A stretch of DNA of 64,000 nucleotides from Eukaryota sp. GEM-RC1 (Eukaryota): assembly GCA_040285855.1 (NCBI GenBank), contig JAUFOQ010000018.1, forward strand, positions 372,001 to 436,000, given 5' to 3'. Below the pieces are notes generated by a model. The model was not told the DNA's origin, made no database searches, and worked only from the letters and a program-made list of their open reading frames with translations. Each line of letters begins with the position of its first letter. Positions within the stretch are counted from its first letter, which is position 1. Of this stretch, positions 1 to 12,562 are shown in pieces. The position numbers were made by a program, and so were the translations under genes.

Positions 1-3000
1 TTCTCAGGTTAATCAACAATGGATACGTTGGTGCTTTATTACAGCTGACCAATTACAGAATTCTAATAGTTCTGAATTTTTTCAAATATTCAGAAATTGT
101 GGAAAAATCACGTTCGAACCTCTTGCAGTCACACCATTTACTTTGATGTCGTTAATTATAGATTCTAAGAATTTAATTGAATGGAGAATTCGATCTCTTG
201 CCGCATCTTTCTGCTCCACCAGTTCTTCAACTAGTGGAAGAACTAGTGGTAACTGGACATCTACTGATCTTGCACGTGTTTTGGACGGTTTTGTCCCAAA
301 AGATTTAGATCTAAACTTAATGTATTCAGCTTTGTTAGAAAATCTTATTCACTTGAAAAATTCTGATCTCAATCGAGGCTTGATTGAATTTTCAATCAAA
401 ATTGTTCAACAACATTCCACTATCTCCCACTTGCCTTTCGAATGGTTTCTATTTTGTTTAGGAAACTCAAAAGATCTTCACGAGTTTGAGTTCTTTGCTA
501 AGTTAGTACCTGAAGTTGTTTCTAACGGCTACTTTCCTAATTCAACTGCACTCATATTGTTACCCCAGCAGCTTGAATTACTGACAGCTCATGCCACGTG
601 TCATTCTTCAGTAGTTATTTGGCTGGTTCAGTTGTTTATTGAATCGTGGAAACGTTTCAATGAAGATCAATGGTCAGTGGAGATAATCATGGCAGGATTG
701 AAATCCTTGAATTATTCCAAAATTTCTGACCAAGAGCTCTTTTCTTGTTTAGTTTCTCCTTTGATTGACGATCCTCTTATTGGAAGTGACATTTGCCGTT
801 TTGCATCAAGTTTGGTGGTTCAAAGGCAGAATTCTTTTAAGATTGAAAAAGAAAAAGAAGAGGAAATGCACTTGCAAGGGTCAATAAGTCTAATAAATGG
901 AGGAAAAACTTTTGATTTTGATTCATGGTGGTTTAATGAATTCTTTGACAGTACAAGTACTGTCGACATTACTCATTTAGGACTTGCTGATTACATTATT
1001 CAACAAGTTTCAAGTTTTTGAAGAGTCAACAAATTAGATTTGGTTCTCAGATTAGGTATGCTAATGAGCAGCACTGGTATTCTATTTATCATGGGTTTTT
1101 ATTCTGGCCAATTATTTTAATTCTCCAATTCTTGTTAATGAACTCTATGCGGGTTCTAGAAAAGCTTTCGCTTCAGTGGAACCTCACTGTTTCTCTTTTG
1201 ATTTCTATAATACTCTTACTTGGAATTATTCCCCTTTTCTTTCCTTTTGGTTTGTCCTTTCTCTTTCAAGATCCATTGTTGAATCCAAAGATTCCAGATT
1301 CTCTCCGTCATTTGTCAATCAATGTATTGAGAAAGGGTTTAATGAAGTTTCTTCCGTCCAGTTACAGTTCGAGTATATTGGTAACGTTTCGGAACTTTTT
1401 GTATTGTCAAAGTCTTTGCGAATTCTCAGGTATCTTGCACCACAGTTGTTTAATGAAAGACTTGGAATGGACTTAAAAGTGTCTGCATTTGACAAAATTT
1501 CAAAAACTGTTGTTTTATTCAATGTCTATGAGTTGGAGCTTTTTTGCCTTTCAATCTCAGATGTCCCACGCAGAGTTAATCTTTTTCTCCTCATTTATTT
1601 GTCGTATTTTCGCAATAATTCAAAACATCTTTCTTATTGGCAAAAAACAGTGTTACCACAACTTTCTATTAAAAACAACAAAGTATCAACAAATGAGAAT
1701 ATTGATTTAATTAAAGCTCTTGTTTTGAAATTAGATTTATCATGGTCTCAATTAATTCCTATTTTTGGCGTTCTTCATCAATGTCATCACACAAAGTTTC
1801 ATCAATTTGCCACGTGGCTCATCGAGGAAGACGTTCATCCTGAAGTTTTATACGAACAATATCCTGAAGCATTTAGTTTCGCTCTCAGTGCAATACTTGT
1901 GGCCGCTCTGGCCAAGAAAACTACCTTTAAACTACCTTTAGGTTTAGATTCAGCGATGGTACCAACAACCACAATGCCAAATTTTAGATTCAATTGTGGA
2001 CACTTTTTCGGAAGAAATCTATTCAGGTATTCCTTTCTTTTAGACTGCATTTTAAAAAACAAGGAGCCTGCAGATTTCGAAAAAGTTCAAGAATTACTAA
2101 TTTTCTTTTCTCAACAATTCGACATGACGTGTCAGGGTGGAAACAATCAAATTCATTATCAAGGTGATTTATATTTAGAAGAGTTAATTTCTTATTCTTT
2201 ACATTCTAAGGATCTCCAGATTTTGTCCAAAATCATTTCTCATTCTTGTCTCCAACCAGTACTACCCTGGTTGGTGGATCTTTCGGTTCTTTGTCTGGAA
2301 GAATCTTCTGGCACACTGCCCTTTCAGTCAATCCTTATTCAAATTTCTTCTCTTCCTGATCGTGTTCCTAAGTATAGAGAAGTTGACATTGATGTGGATG
2401 ATCTCTTAGAATTTACTAAAAGAACAAACCATGTATCTCTTCTAATTTCTCTTTTATCTTCTTACTTTCTTAAGTTCCCTGCTTTAACAAAAGTATTAGA
2501 CTTCTTCTCTTTAAAACCACCTCCTTTATCTCTTGATAGTTTTGAGACTGTAAAGTGGGACAATCTTGTACTCAATCCAATCATTGTTGAAAGTATTTGT
2601 GATTGTTTGAAAGGTATTGCTTCAGAGATGGACAATGATGTAATTGAGCGGGTTCAGCAAATAATTTCAAAATGTTGTGGAATTTCGGAATATTCAATTA
2701 CTTCCCCGACACCTATTTCCCAAAGCCATTGTTTCAAGAGTTATTTGAATAGTTTTCAAAGTTATACACGTGATCAACTGTTACTTAGAACTCAAGAACC
2801 GTTCGACTCTGCGCATTATCAGCAGTTGTTCAATCAAAATCAGGATAAATATTTAGTGCTTTTAAAGTTGGAAAATGGGTGTGTTATTTACTTTTTCTAT
2901 CAAAAAGTTTACATCATTATAATAATGGTTATGTGAATCATTATTTGGTTAACACGTGTCTGTTTACTAAAGAAGGTCCGATGTACACCTCTCGCTGTGA

Positions 3001-3394
3001 GATGCATCATTGTGCAAATGGTAGGATGAGAGTATCGTTAAATAATATGTATTTTGATTCTGATCATCGATTTCATTCTGGTTACCGTACTTCAGCTTCT
3101 AAGGGTTGTTTGTGTACTAATTTTTTAAATCAAATCGAAGAAGGATTCAGAAATAGTTCTTGTTTTTTTTTCTTGTCCTGGAAAATCAGTGGTGATTTAA
3201 AACTCTCTTATGAACCACTTTCTCATCAATGTTCACAAACAGGACAACAAGCTGATTTTTGTCCATTGATTCCTCTTTCTGATTCTGAATCTACAATCAA
3301 CTCAGACGATATTTGTGAACCTAGTGATCAACTGCTTTACCTTAAAGAAAAGCCCCTTACTATCAGTTTGTTGGAGATCTATAGAGTTGTTTGA
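1..3394 (+). CDS. Large hypothetical protein, 5' end outside window; one gene split by three frameshifts
   Basis: The frame of ORF 143..1021 is open from position 2. It continues via ORFs 1018.., 1176..2936 and 2879..3394, each shift being -1 at a T/A homopolymer (~1015, ~1096, ~2892-2906). No family recognised. Confidence 0.6.
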
Positions 3395-5668
3395 ATAAAA
3401 AATGCATAGCTGTAGAAAATTACTTTTCGAAAAGTAATGAAGTGTTTGCTTCCGAAATAAACTTTGTCTTCTTAACTTGAGCTAGCACTTAGGATTTTGT
3501 CTTTAAAATTTGCTTTAAAGAAGCTACAAAATCATTTATTAAAATATTTTGAAAGTTTAGATTTTACAGCCCGTCTTAGCTCGGCTAAAGAAAGAAATTC
3601 AGCTTTCGCTATTTTTTTAATTGATTTAAAGGAGATTTCTGCTGTGGCATTAATTAATCAAATTCCACAGGTATTTGGTTCATTATTAAATGATCAAAAG
3701 CTGTTGGATGAATTGATAGCGTTGGAAGTTGTTGTAATAATATCAAATATTCAGTTGTTTAGTCTGTCAAATTAAAAATTAATTAAATTTAGGTAAGAAG
3801 AACTTGAGCTGAAAAGAAGCGTCGTTTGACAAAAGGACGGGATTTGTCTTGTGGTCACTTCCGTAGTTGTAGTTTCCTTGCAAATGCAGGACTTTCCAGG
3901 TTGTTTATTAGTTCTTCTGTCAATCCGAGGTTTTCAAGGATATTGTTAGTTTGCGCTCTTCTATAGTCGAGCTCCTGGAGCTTTCTCTACTTGATAACTT
4001 TTAATCAACAACAATAGACTGATTAAACAGATCATAAGGTCTCGTTTTAGATGAAGAGTTCGTCTGGAATTTCCAGATTAACACTACCATCAAAATTTCT
4101 GAGGCCAAAAAAATTGTTTGTGTCCATTGTTGACATTATTTTGTGTTCACAATCCAAAAGACAATAGATAAAATGCGATACTGCACAAAATGCAAACAGT
4201 GTTTCTAAAATAGAAAGAAAATCTACAAAAATTTCTAATTGAGTTTAAAAACATTCGAAATTTTTAAAATCAAAGAACTTTCTCCAAAGACAAAATACCT
4301 CAAATTGTTTTTGAAAGTGTTGTAAAGCATTTCAATAAACATTTGCAATTCTGGCATTAGATTTTCTAAGTTGTACGATGATCCAAAAAGTGTTTGTGTT
4401 ACCGTTCGCTGCCTGCGAGCGAATAGTTGTGCACATCCATAAAAATGCAAAAAATGACGGGATTCGGAAGAAGTAATATAACACATCTAAGATCGCGTCC
4501 TGTTGTTATGCGTGGACGCTAAACTCATTCCCAAAACTCCGCACAAGATCATAATAGAGAGGAGACCCTGCAACAGAGGGAACAACATCGGCCAAAATGA
4601 TTTACTAAGAAGTCTAATGAAAGACCGTGACCTGTCAGAATCAGTTGAACTCACCATCAGGAGTGTGTATCGATAAAATCTTATTGTTCGATAACGTTAT
4701 ATCTACTTATCGATATCTTATCGAGCCAACAATTCTGAAAGATATATTTATCGACTGTCTCCAACAATATTGCGATATATTGCGATTAATAAAGATAATT
4801 TTTTGGGAACAAAATAGACCATTTTTCTGGTTTCAGTGAGTGATTTCTCTGAAAGACGTCACTTTCATTGGTCACATATCGGTACGAGTCTAACTGAGAC
4901 TAATTTCTAGTGAGAGTAATTACTAATTATTTCGCACTAAATACATACATCCATGAAATCATTTTTTGAAAAACTTTCTCTCTAATTTAAGTTACCAATC
5001 TCTCTAACAAATAAACTCTGCCCTTGATACATCTGCGTTTCGTCACGATTTCTTGAAGATCAATGGTCAACTCTTATTCAAGACAAACTACAGTACCTTC
5101 TCCAGTTGGATCTCGGAAGATGATCTGGGCCTTAAAGCTACGGATGAAGCTAGAACAATGATTTAGAGTGATTAGAGGGGAATCATAATTTGAAGTAGGA
5201 TTTTAAGTTGATCTTATCAGTATAAAAGTTCTTCTAACTTTAAAAGCTCATTCAATCAAATGTATTTTTGTTACTCCTTTCTCATTAAAAACAACCAAAG
5301 TAGTACATTTCTGGATAGTCAAAATTGAAACTCTCATATCGGAATTAGTCTCACTGAGACTGTTTTCTACTGCAGTGAGAGTAATTAGAGCCATCGGTGT
5401 ATTCAAAATTGTAGTAAGGACTGATACATGATGTTGGAGAAATTGTTTGCTGCTGCATAGTTCCATCATGACCCATGGGTTGTCCAGAAAAGAACTTGAT
5501 GCTATAGGCTATGCCAATGTTCCCCACTTCCACTTTAGGCTAGCTTATTCTGCCCCAACCCCACCAAAAGCTGATCACATAGATACGCATGGGGCTTGGA
5601 AATCTGTTAAGCATAGTAAACGTAGTTTGATTATTGCAGATATCTTTCATATTTCTATTGTATATCAT

Positions 5669-6629
5669 TGATGCCGAAAGGCTCTTAAATTCAAGAAGAG
5701 AAGATTTTTTAAAGAAGATAATTCTACAATACATCCACAACATCACTCTTTCTCCAGTTCTTTCAAGTGCTCAAGAGGGTTGGTGTATCGCAACATATTG
5801 ATACGATGAGCGTTGAGCTTTGTCGGACACACAGAGGCGATATGTCTCTGTTCTCCGCATTTAAAGCACAACTTTTTGACAAGGCCTCTCCATGGCGAAC
5901 TTTCTTAACATCTGGTGTATCTACCATTTCAGATGAGGAAGACAATCGACTCCGAGACTTCCATTGGTTTACACGTTCAAAGTCAGTGAGATCTTCGATG
6001 GTAACTTCAACGAGTTCAGACAAGGAGCTGAAATAGCCATCAGCTACACGAGTTTTGAGAGATTCGGAGAGACCTTTTGGCAAAACACCCTTAACAAATC
6101 TAGACAATACGGCTTTTTCTGGGAGTTCGTATTTCTTTGCCCGGCGTTTGACAGCAACTACTTGTCTTGTGTAATCCAATACTCGGGCTCGAGGATTTGT
6201 GATAGTAGAATCCATTTTCAGCTGGAGGAAAGCTTCATAGACTTCTTCAATAGAGGCATATTCACAGGAAGATTCTAGAAACTTCCTCAGTTCTTCGTCA
6301 CTCTTGGTAACATCTGGGTTGACAAAGGAGATGGACTCCAATAAGTCCTCTTCGACACAATCCCGCAGAGTGAGTCTTGCACCATCAGCTCCGACCTTAT
6401 CACAAGCAGAGTATTCCAGCATGAACCTGCTAATACTCTCCGCTGTTGTGACTGTCAGCCTTGGTATAGTCTTTGGCACGTTGTTTTAACGTTCATTATT
6501 CTATGGTTAGTATAGTTCGAAAAACAGATTACCAGTTTGGGCCAATAATTATTGATGCCGAAAGGCTCTTAAATTCAAGAAGAGAAGATTTTTTAAAGAA
6601 GATAATTCTACAATACATCCACAACATCA
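5669..6629 (-). mobile_element. Gag-only short LTR retroelement (TR-GAG/TRIM-like), 961 bp
   Basis: Two apparently identical 77-bp direct repeats (5669-5745, 6553-6629) with TGATG..CATCA termini. Purine tract GGAGAAAGAG precedes the 3' LTR on the minus strand. No clean TSD (ATCAT vs TTCAA). Confidence 0.85.
5763..6496 (-). CDS. Gag-like protein with CCHC zinc knuckle (frameshifted)
   Basis: ORF 5763..6479 plus an ATG at 6496 one base out of frame at an A run. The shifted frame at ~5830-5875 reads CFKCGEQRHIASVC (CX2CX4HX4C). Confidence 0.75.
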
Positions 6630-7080
6630 TTCAATTATCAAAGATATATTTATCGATTCATGTTGCAATATTCGATAAATAAATATATTTATCGAAGTTG
6701 CCTAACAAAAGATAAATAAAAGATATCGATAATACACACTCCTGCTCACCATTCGTCTAGTTCAACAATTAACCAAAATAATCAACCTAAATAAACCTAT
6801 TTGACGCTGATCGAACTTAGTATGGTAGATCGTGTGTTGGGTACAGTGAATGTACTGGTCAATGGTTCTAATGATGACTTTACTCACATGTTGAACCAAT
6901 AGTTTCACCAGAGAAGTTCTTAGAGTTGTTGCAGTTCTTACTACAAGAACTGCAACAATTACTATGCTATTTGTTGTTGGAGTAAATCACATTATCCTTC
7001 TTCTAACTTGTCTTTTCTCCCACAGTTCTAAACAGGGATCCTCGTGAATATTTATTCTATTTATTTCTATTTACAGTATA

Positions 7081-7146
7081 CAGTCTACCCTCTAGAGGGT
7101 ATCTAATATGAAGGTGTCGGACCAGTCTTATTGGGAGGGTAGACTG
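7081..7146. mobile_element. 66-bp Tc1/mariner-type MITE
   Basis: 12-bp TIR CAGTCTACCCTC / GAGGGTAGACTG flanked on both sides by TA. Confidence 0.7.
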
Positions 7147-7459
7147 TATATATTTTTGAAACATTTTTACGATCATGCAAATAAAACGAAATATAAATAA
7201 ATATAATTAACTTATTTAAAATAAGATCTCTTTCATTTATCTATACACTTGAGGTCTGGAATTCTCAAACTAAATGCAAAAAGCTCTTTCGCCTTTGAGT
7301 TAAGGATGGCCTTATTTATTCAGCCACCTAATACATCAGCTCAAATCTCAGATTTTATGTTCTCTGTTGTCATTAGACAGTTGCCATCAGTTGTTTTTTG
7401 TTTTCTCAATTGCAATTTCTGTCTACAAAACATTGTAAAGAAAAATTAGCATAGTTTGA

Positions 7460-7700
7460 AACAAACGTAGGTTTAGAATGGCTGAATAAAAAAAACCGTA
7501 TTGTATTTTCCAATTGTAAGAATATAGCTCTCTATTTCTCTTAAGTATTTGAAAAATTCTACAAGTTTGGTGTGCAGGTTAATGTTGAAAAACGTAATCT
7601 TTTACCCGGATGGGGACTAAGTCGTTTGGATTTAGTCTTAGAATTATTTGTTTGTTTTCATGCCCTGCCAGTAGGCAATCTGAACTTTGAGGATATTGAT
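7460..7700 (+). mobile_element. CRE-type non-LTR retrotransposon 3' fragments
   Basis: Matches the 3' end of the 60720-64000 element (..TTTAGAATGGCTGAAT..GTCGTTTGGATTT..), followed by the GGCAATCTG(A/G)ACTTTGAGGATATTGAT tail of a second family. Confidence 0.75.
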
Positions 7701-8023
7701 AACCAGTTCTAGAATTTCTGTATATTTGTCTTATTAGTTCAAGAATTATAATTCAACCAAAGAAGAAGTTTAAACGAAGAATGGTTCAACAAATTTAGAG
7801 TAATTATCAACTTTTCCGAACGAAAGGTTTCTGGCGCGTTTTGACAGATTTGCCGTGCTGTACAACACTAGATTGTTTAAAAAAAATAGATAAAATACAA
7901 TACTTTAGAAAATTCAAAAAGTGCGTTTTTGAAATAATTAGAAAACCTACAAGACTTTCCAATTGAATTTGAAAATTTTAAATAATAATAATCGCCAGCA
8001 ATAACTAAAAACCAGTAATTACA

Positions 8024-9916
8024 TCAAGCATTTTTCTCCAACGAATGCATCTTCCTTTCTGTCTCAATGTACTTTCGATGAGTGGTCACAATCAACGAGC
8101 AAAGTCGTCTCAATTCCTCTCTCAAGTGAGCTCTATTTTGAACCAAATCTGAGTAAGTAACGTCATCAAGAAGCTTCTCATTAGGTTCAGTATAGGCAGG
8201 TAACGAGATAGAAGGGAGTAGGATGGTATCTGTGGCTTCCGGCAGCTCTTTTAAAATATTTGGAATCTTTTTTAAATGTAGGCTGAGGTTCAATTTGATT
8301 GTCTGTTCTTGCCCCTAAGTCTACAGTGTCAATATCTTTCCCAATTGATTTGTACAGTTGGTATAGAGGACGCATCACTTCCTTATCACTTCGTTGAGGT
8401 TCTCTATTGAATTTTTTAGCAAATTTTAAATCAAACAGTCGAAGCTCTCGTTTCACAGCTGCTTTTTCCGCCTTTTTCTCCTCAGCATTCATCAATTCAA
8501 TTTCCCTCGGTCTTTTGTCTTGAACTCTCATTGCTTCTAATCTGTAATTGGCAACTTCCAAAGGACTTAGGAAAAGAGATCTTGTGAAAGACGGAGCGTA
8601 CCTAAACCTACATAAAAACATTCTAACAACTGACTGGATTTTAATAGCGGCAATATTTTTCAATTTTTTCTGTAAATCAAAATAGTTTTCAAGTTCAGGC
8701 CGTATTGGATCTCGATCTTTGCCGTGGGGTCGTTTTTTAAACATTTGATAAAAATTAGATTCGAAGTCGTGAATTGTAGCTTTGAGAGCAAATATTTGAG
8801 ACTCAATTTCGGGAATATTTCTAAATTTCAAATAATCCAAATATGAAATTTCAACGAATTGATCCTTTGGTTTCGATTTAACAGTGCTTTTTACCTGTTC
8901 CTTTTCAAAATCTTTCAATTTTTCCACATTTCTTTTTGAATTATTATCAGGAATATCTACTTGCTCGTTAATTACCCAACGAGACTGAATATTTTGAATT
9001 TTTGAATTATTTGCTTGAACTATTGAATTATTAACATTTCGAACCAACGGATTTTCTTCAACACAATTCAAAACATTAGCAAAAGTGTCGATTTCCCCAT
9101 CAAAATAACAATCAATCACCTCTGAAACAAGAATCCCAAGAGTTGAATTTGATTGAACACTTGGTGACACCGAAGCATCCAAATCTTCAATCAAATCTGA
9201 TTGATCCGACTCATACTTGCCATCAGAAACATCTTCAGGCAACTCCTGATCAAATATCACGTCGACATTCTGAATCAACAGTTTAAAACTGACCACTAAG
9301 GGTTTCATATCCTTTGGGGGAACCAGGTCAAATTCTGAAGAAGAATCAGAAGCTCGTATAACATTGGGAACAAAGACAAGGGCGAGGTTCTCAGCTGACA
9401 TCTTGTTGTGGTGGTCATATGAAGCAACAAGAGCGAGGAATTGGCAGAGGTAGTGAAGAAGATCCTTGTGGTGAGGGGGGAAGGGAAGCTACAAGAACAG
9501 ACAGTGCTGCTATGAGTTCTGCTGAAGGTTCAAATGAAGGAATGTGGTGTATGGAGGTGGAGAAGAGAGAATAAGGTATGAGAGGATCTCCGAGTTCTCG
9601 AAAGAAAAGTTTGAATAGTCCACATACGTCTTGTGGAGATGTAGTTGTAGAGAAGTGGACGTCCTCACCACTGTCAAAGCGTGATTTTAGATCTAGGATG
9701 TTGGAGACTGTTCCAGGAACTCGAAATAGACCTTTGGTCTTTAGAGCTAAGATAAGGAGTGGAGAGAGTCATACAGTTGTTTTCGATAAATTCCACGCAT
9801 TTCTGAACAACATTGGGTATAGGTAATTGGGAAGGAGGTAGATCTGAAAGTTTACAGCCAAAGATTGGTTGTGTAGCTTTGTGATTACGGGAGGAAGACT
9901 TCCGGAACAGAGGCAT
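8024..9916 (-). CDS. RhoGAP-domain protein with IQ-like motif and coiled-coil C-terminus (FAM13-like architecture)
   Basis: Motifs IFGCKL, IPNVVQKCVEFIE, GLFRVPG, LFKLFFREL.DPLIP, NKMSAENLALVFVPN and IQSVVRMFLCR. One 28-nt intron and two homopolymer frameshifts (~9475, ~8270). Confidence 0.9.
9747..9774 (-). other. 28-nt spliceosomal intron
   Basis: GTATGACTCTCTCCACTCCTTATCTTAG; removal joins ENN-S-LKTKGLFRVPG and restores the RhoGAP arginine-finger region. Confidence 0.9.
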
Positions 9917-10108
9917 GGAAGGGAAGACCTTGGTGATTGATCAATGATGGTGTTCAATTATTAATTAATTAAAGTACAGTACTTTCTTAATTACCAGAAT
10001 TTCCATTGTTGTAGATGTCAGCATATAAGGTACGGTGATGACATAAACCAAACGGGATGCTAATAGACATAGTCTAGCAGTAATATGCAAAATGTATAGT
10101 ATTTTCGA

Positions 10109-10282
10109 TTAGTCCTGATGGTGATGAATTTTTCAAGGATTTCGAAAAACTGTGTAAAGAAAAGAAGCGTAAGTTTAGAATGGCTGAATGGAAAAACCGT
10201 ATTGTGATTTCCATATATCGGAATATGCCCTTCTATTTCTCTCGATTAGTTGAGAAATTGTACAAATTTGCTGTGAAGGTTA
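10109..10282 (+). mobile_element. CRE-type non-LTR 3' fragment
   Basis: Near-identical to the reverse complement of ~60850-61020. Confidence 0.8.
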
Positions 10283-10630
10283 AAATCTTCTGAGCACATT
10301 AGTTTCACAACTTAGAAGCAATCAATTCAACAGAATTTTATTGAAATTACATCCTCCGATGATACCATTCTGATCAAAATCATTGGAAGTAGTGGCTAAT
10401 GTTTCGTAAGATTTGTCACTATTTATATTAAGATGAAGGTCAAAGTGCTGATAACTGTAACAAGAAAAATTCCATCAGAAACAGATCTGATACAGTTCAC
10501 CACCGCTAGAATCCACCAGGACAGTCCGTCCAAAGTTGTCAACCGATAGGAATCGGGGTAGGGTTGGTCTGATGTTTCTACTAGTACAAGTCGAAGTCAA
10601 GACTTTGTCCAGTAAAAATCTCCAGATTTT

Positions 10631-11185
10631 ATGTCCTTTTCGCTCTCTAGGATATTCCAAAGACTTACCTTATATCAATCTCTACGACGTGTTTACTATA
10701 TGAATCCTGCTGTGTCTGAATTTTTTGGAACAACCTTGTCCTCGATAGCGGCAACTGTCACCGACGGTGTCTGTTACACTATACTTATCCTACTGTCCCT
10801 GAATATCGCTGCATCTGCTTTCATCGGCAGTATCGCCGGTGGTCTTGTACATTTTACCCTGTGTAGGAAGTTTGTCTTCTCCAACGCTTCAACATCCAAG
10901 TCGTACAGCATGGTCGCTTACTTCTTCATGTGGTATTCCGGTGCTGCTATCCATAGTTTTGTCGTCTACTCCCTCTCGAAAATCGTGGGAGAATTCTTCG
11001 CCTGGCCCATTAGTAGATTGCTCCTGTTTATCTTCTATGTTTTCCCGATGAACAAGTACATTGTATTTGGAGGACTAGCTCCAAAGATTGAAAAGGCCTT
11101 CGTTCGTCTATTTCAGAAGCTTTCCTGCTCTGTAGATGTGGTGGAGGAAGTGAAGGAGCTCGAGGAACTTGAAAGTCCAGTGTAG
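10631..11185 (+). CDS. GtrA-like small membrane protein
   Basis: Four hydrophobic segments with GtrA-like motifs (ATVTD, HFTLCRKFVF, FPMNKYIVF). The start could instead be the ATG at ~10699. Confidence 0.7.
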   Translation: MSFSLSRIFQRLTLYQSLRRVYYMNPAVSEFFGTTLSSIAATVTDGVCYTILILLSLNIAASAFIGSIAGGLVHFTLCRKFVFSNASTSKSYSMVAYFFMWYSGAAIHSFVVYSLSKIVGEFFAWPISRLLLFIFYVFPMNKYIVFGGLAPKIEKAFVRLFQKLSCSVDVVEEVKELEELESPV

Positions 11186-11290
11186 CTATGTTATTATTAG
11201 TCCTATTTTTTGTCGTTTTTTGTATGTAAAACTGAGATCTGTTTTGGTCTATTTAAATATACAGTTTTTGTTTGAAATTTTGCCAAATAT

Positions 11291-12526
11291 TTATTCACAC
11301 GTGTTCCTGATTTCATTCAATAATTTTAATAGTGATGCTGCTTCATTAACTCTTCCCAATACATTTGTACAAAGCTGTTGCAATTGCAAAAACACTTCAC
11401 CAGAACACGGCAAGTTCTTATTCCTGAATAAAGATTGTGCCCACACAATTACTAGCCTCGCCAAACGGTGTTGTTGAGAGGTATCAAGATTACTATCAAG
11501 ACAAAACAACGTACTGCTTCTCAAATATTCCAACAGAAACTCGTCACTCAGCAACTCTTTTAAAGCAAGTCTGTTAATACAATCGAGGGTCTTAAGGGAA
11601 GGTGGAAGTGACATTAAAGCAGTGAGGTAGCTATTCTCACTTGAAGAAGAAGAACCAGGGAGAATGTTTAACAAAAACTCCACCGCCGAAATAAAATTAT
11701 TATCTAATAATTGAATAAACTTTTGAGGTGACAGCATAATCTCCAAATCTCTTTTTGAACTAGAGTTCATTAAAGAATTGAGGTTCTCTATTTCTATACT
11801 AGTCAAGGATGATTTACATGCCTTTTCAAGAGAATCTAGAAGGTCAGTACTGGACTCTGATGACTCGATATCTAACCAAAGAGGCATTGGAGGAAGCAGG
11901 GGGAGGGGAAGCCATGGAACAGGGGGGAAGTTCCTTGTTAACCACAGGGATGGGAGGTGGAGGACGGATGTAGACAGGATTGAGTTTAGAGACAAAATCA
12001 CCCATGGACGGAGGTACAGACTTCATGGGAGAGGTGTCAGGGAGAGCCATTGGAACGGGGGGTAAGCGGAGGAGAGCAGGGACTGAAAGGTCAGGTGATG
12101 GTTGTAGGAAGGGTAAGCCAGTACTGTCTTCAGCAGGTGGAAGTTCATTGAGAAGTTGAGATGGAGGTTTGGAGGACGTTTTCGAGGATGATTTTGAAAA
12201 GAGATGTTGTACAAAAGAACGTTCGACGTCTGAGGTGGTTTTTAAACGAACAGCGTCTGCCACTGAGGCTGTGAAAGGATGGTTCTGTGGAAAAAGGTTG
12301 AAAAGTACAAAAAGGCTGGCTAGACGTGAGGCTGCACATAAAATCGTGTCATCTTCCAGTAATATTAGAAGCTGACACCCCCAGAGAACTTTAGAGATTC
12401 TGTGGGAAAAGTTTTTATGAAGGATGTGAAAATTGATGACAGCGGCCGTGAAGTATCCTGAACAGTTGCCAGTAGGGTGCTGTATTGTTCTGAAGAGAGC
12501 ATGGGCGGCGGTGAAGTAGCCGTCAT
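11291..12526 (-). CDS. CNOT11: CCR4-NOT complex subunit 11
   Basis: Motifs YIRPPPP, LMSLPPSLKTLDCINRL, RLARLVIVWAQSLFRNK and EAASLLKLL. Likely start ATG 12526 (MTATSPPPMLSSEQ..). Frameshifts at minus-strand G5 (~12380) and C6 (~11925). Confidence 0.85.
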
Positions 12527-12562
12527 TTGGCAAAATTGATTTCACGCAAAAACTGTTCTCAA

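Larger units (their letters stand above)
4658..6744. mobile_element. Non-autonomous hAT-type DNA transposon containing a nested LTR element
   Basis: 13-bp TIR CAGGAGTGTGTAT (4658-4670 / 6732-6744), perfect 8-bp TSD CTCACCAT (4650-4657, 6745-6752), ATCGA-rich subterminal repeats at both ends. Confidence 0.9.

Noticed and set aside
3497..4500. Short ORFs on both strands as genes
   Set aside because: No clear start or recognisable motifs and multiple stops; possibly decayed sequence, but not callable.
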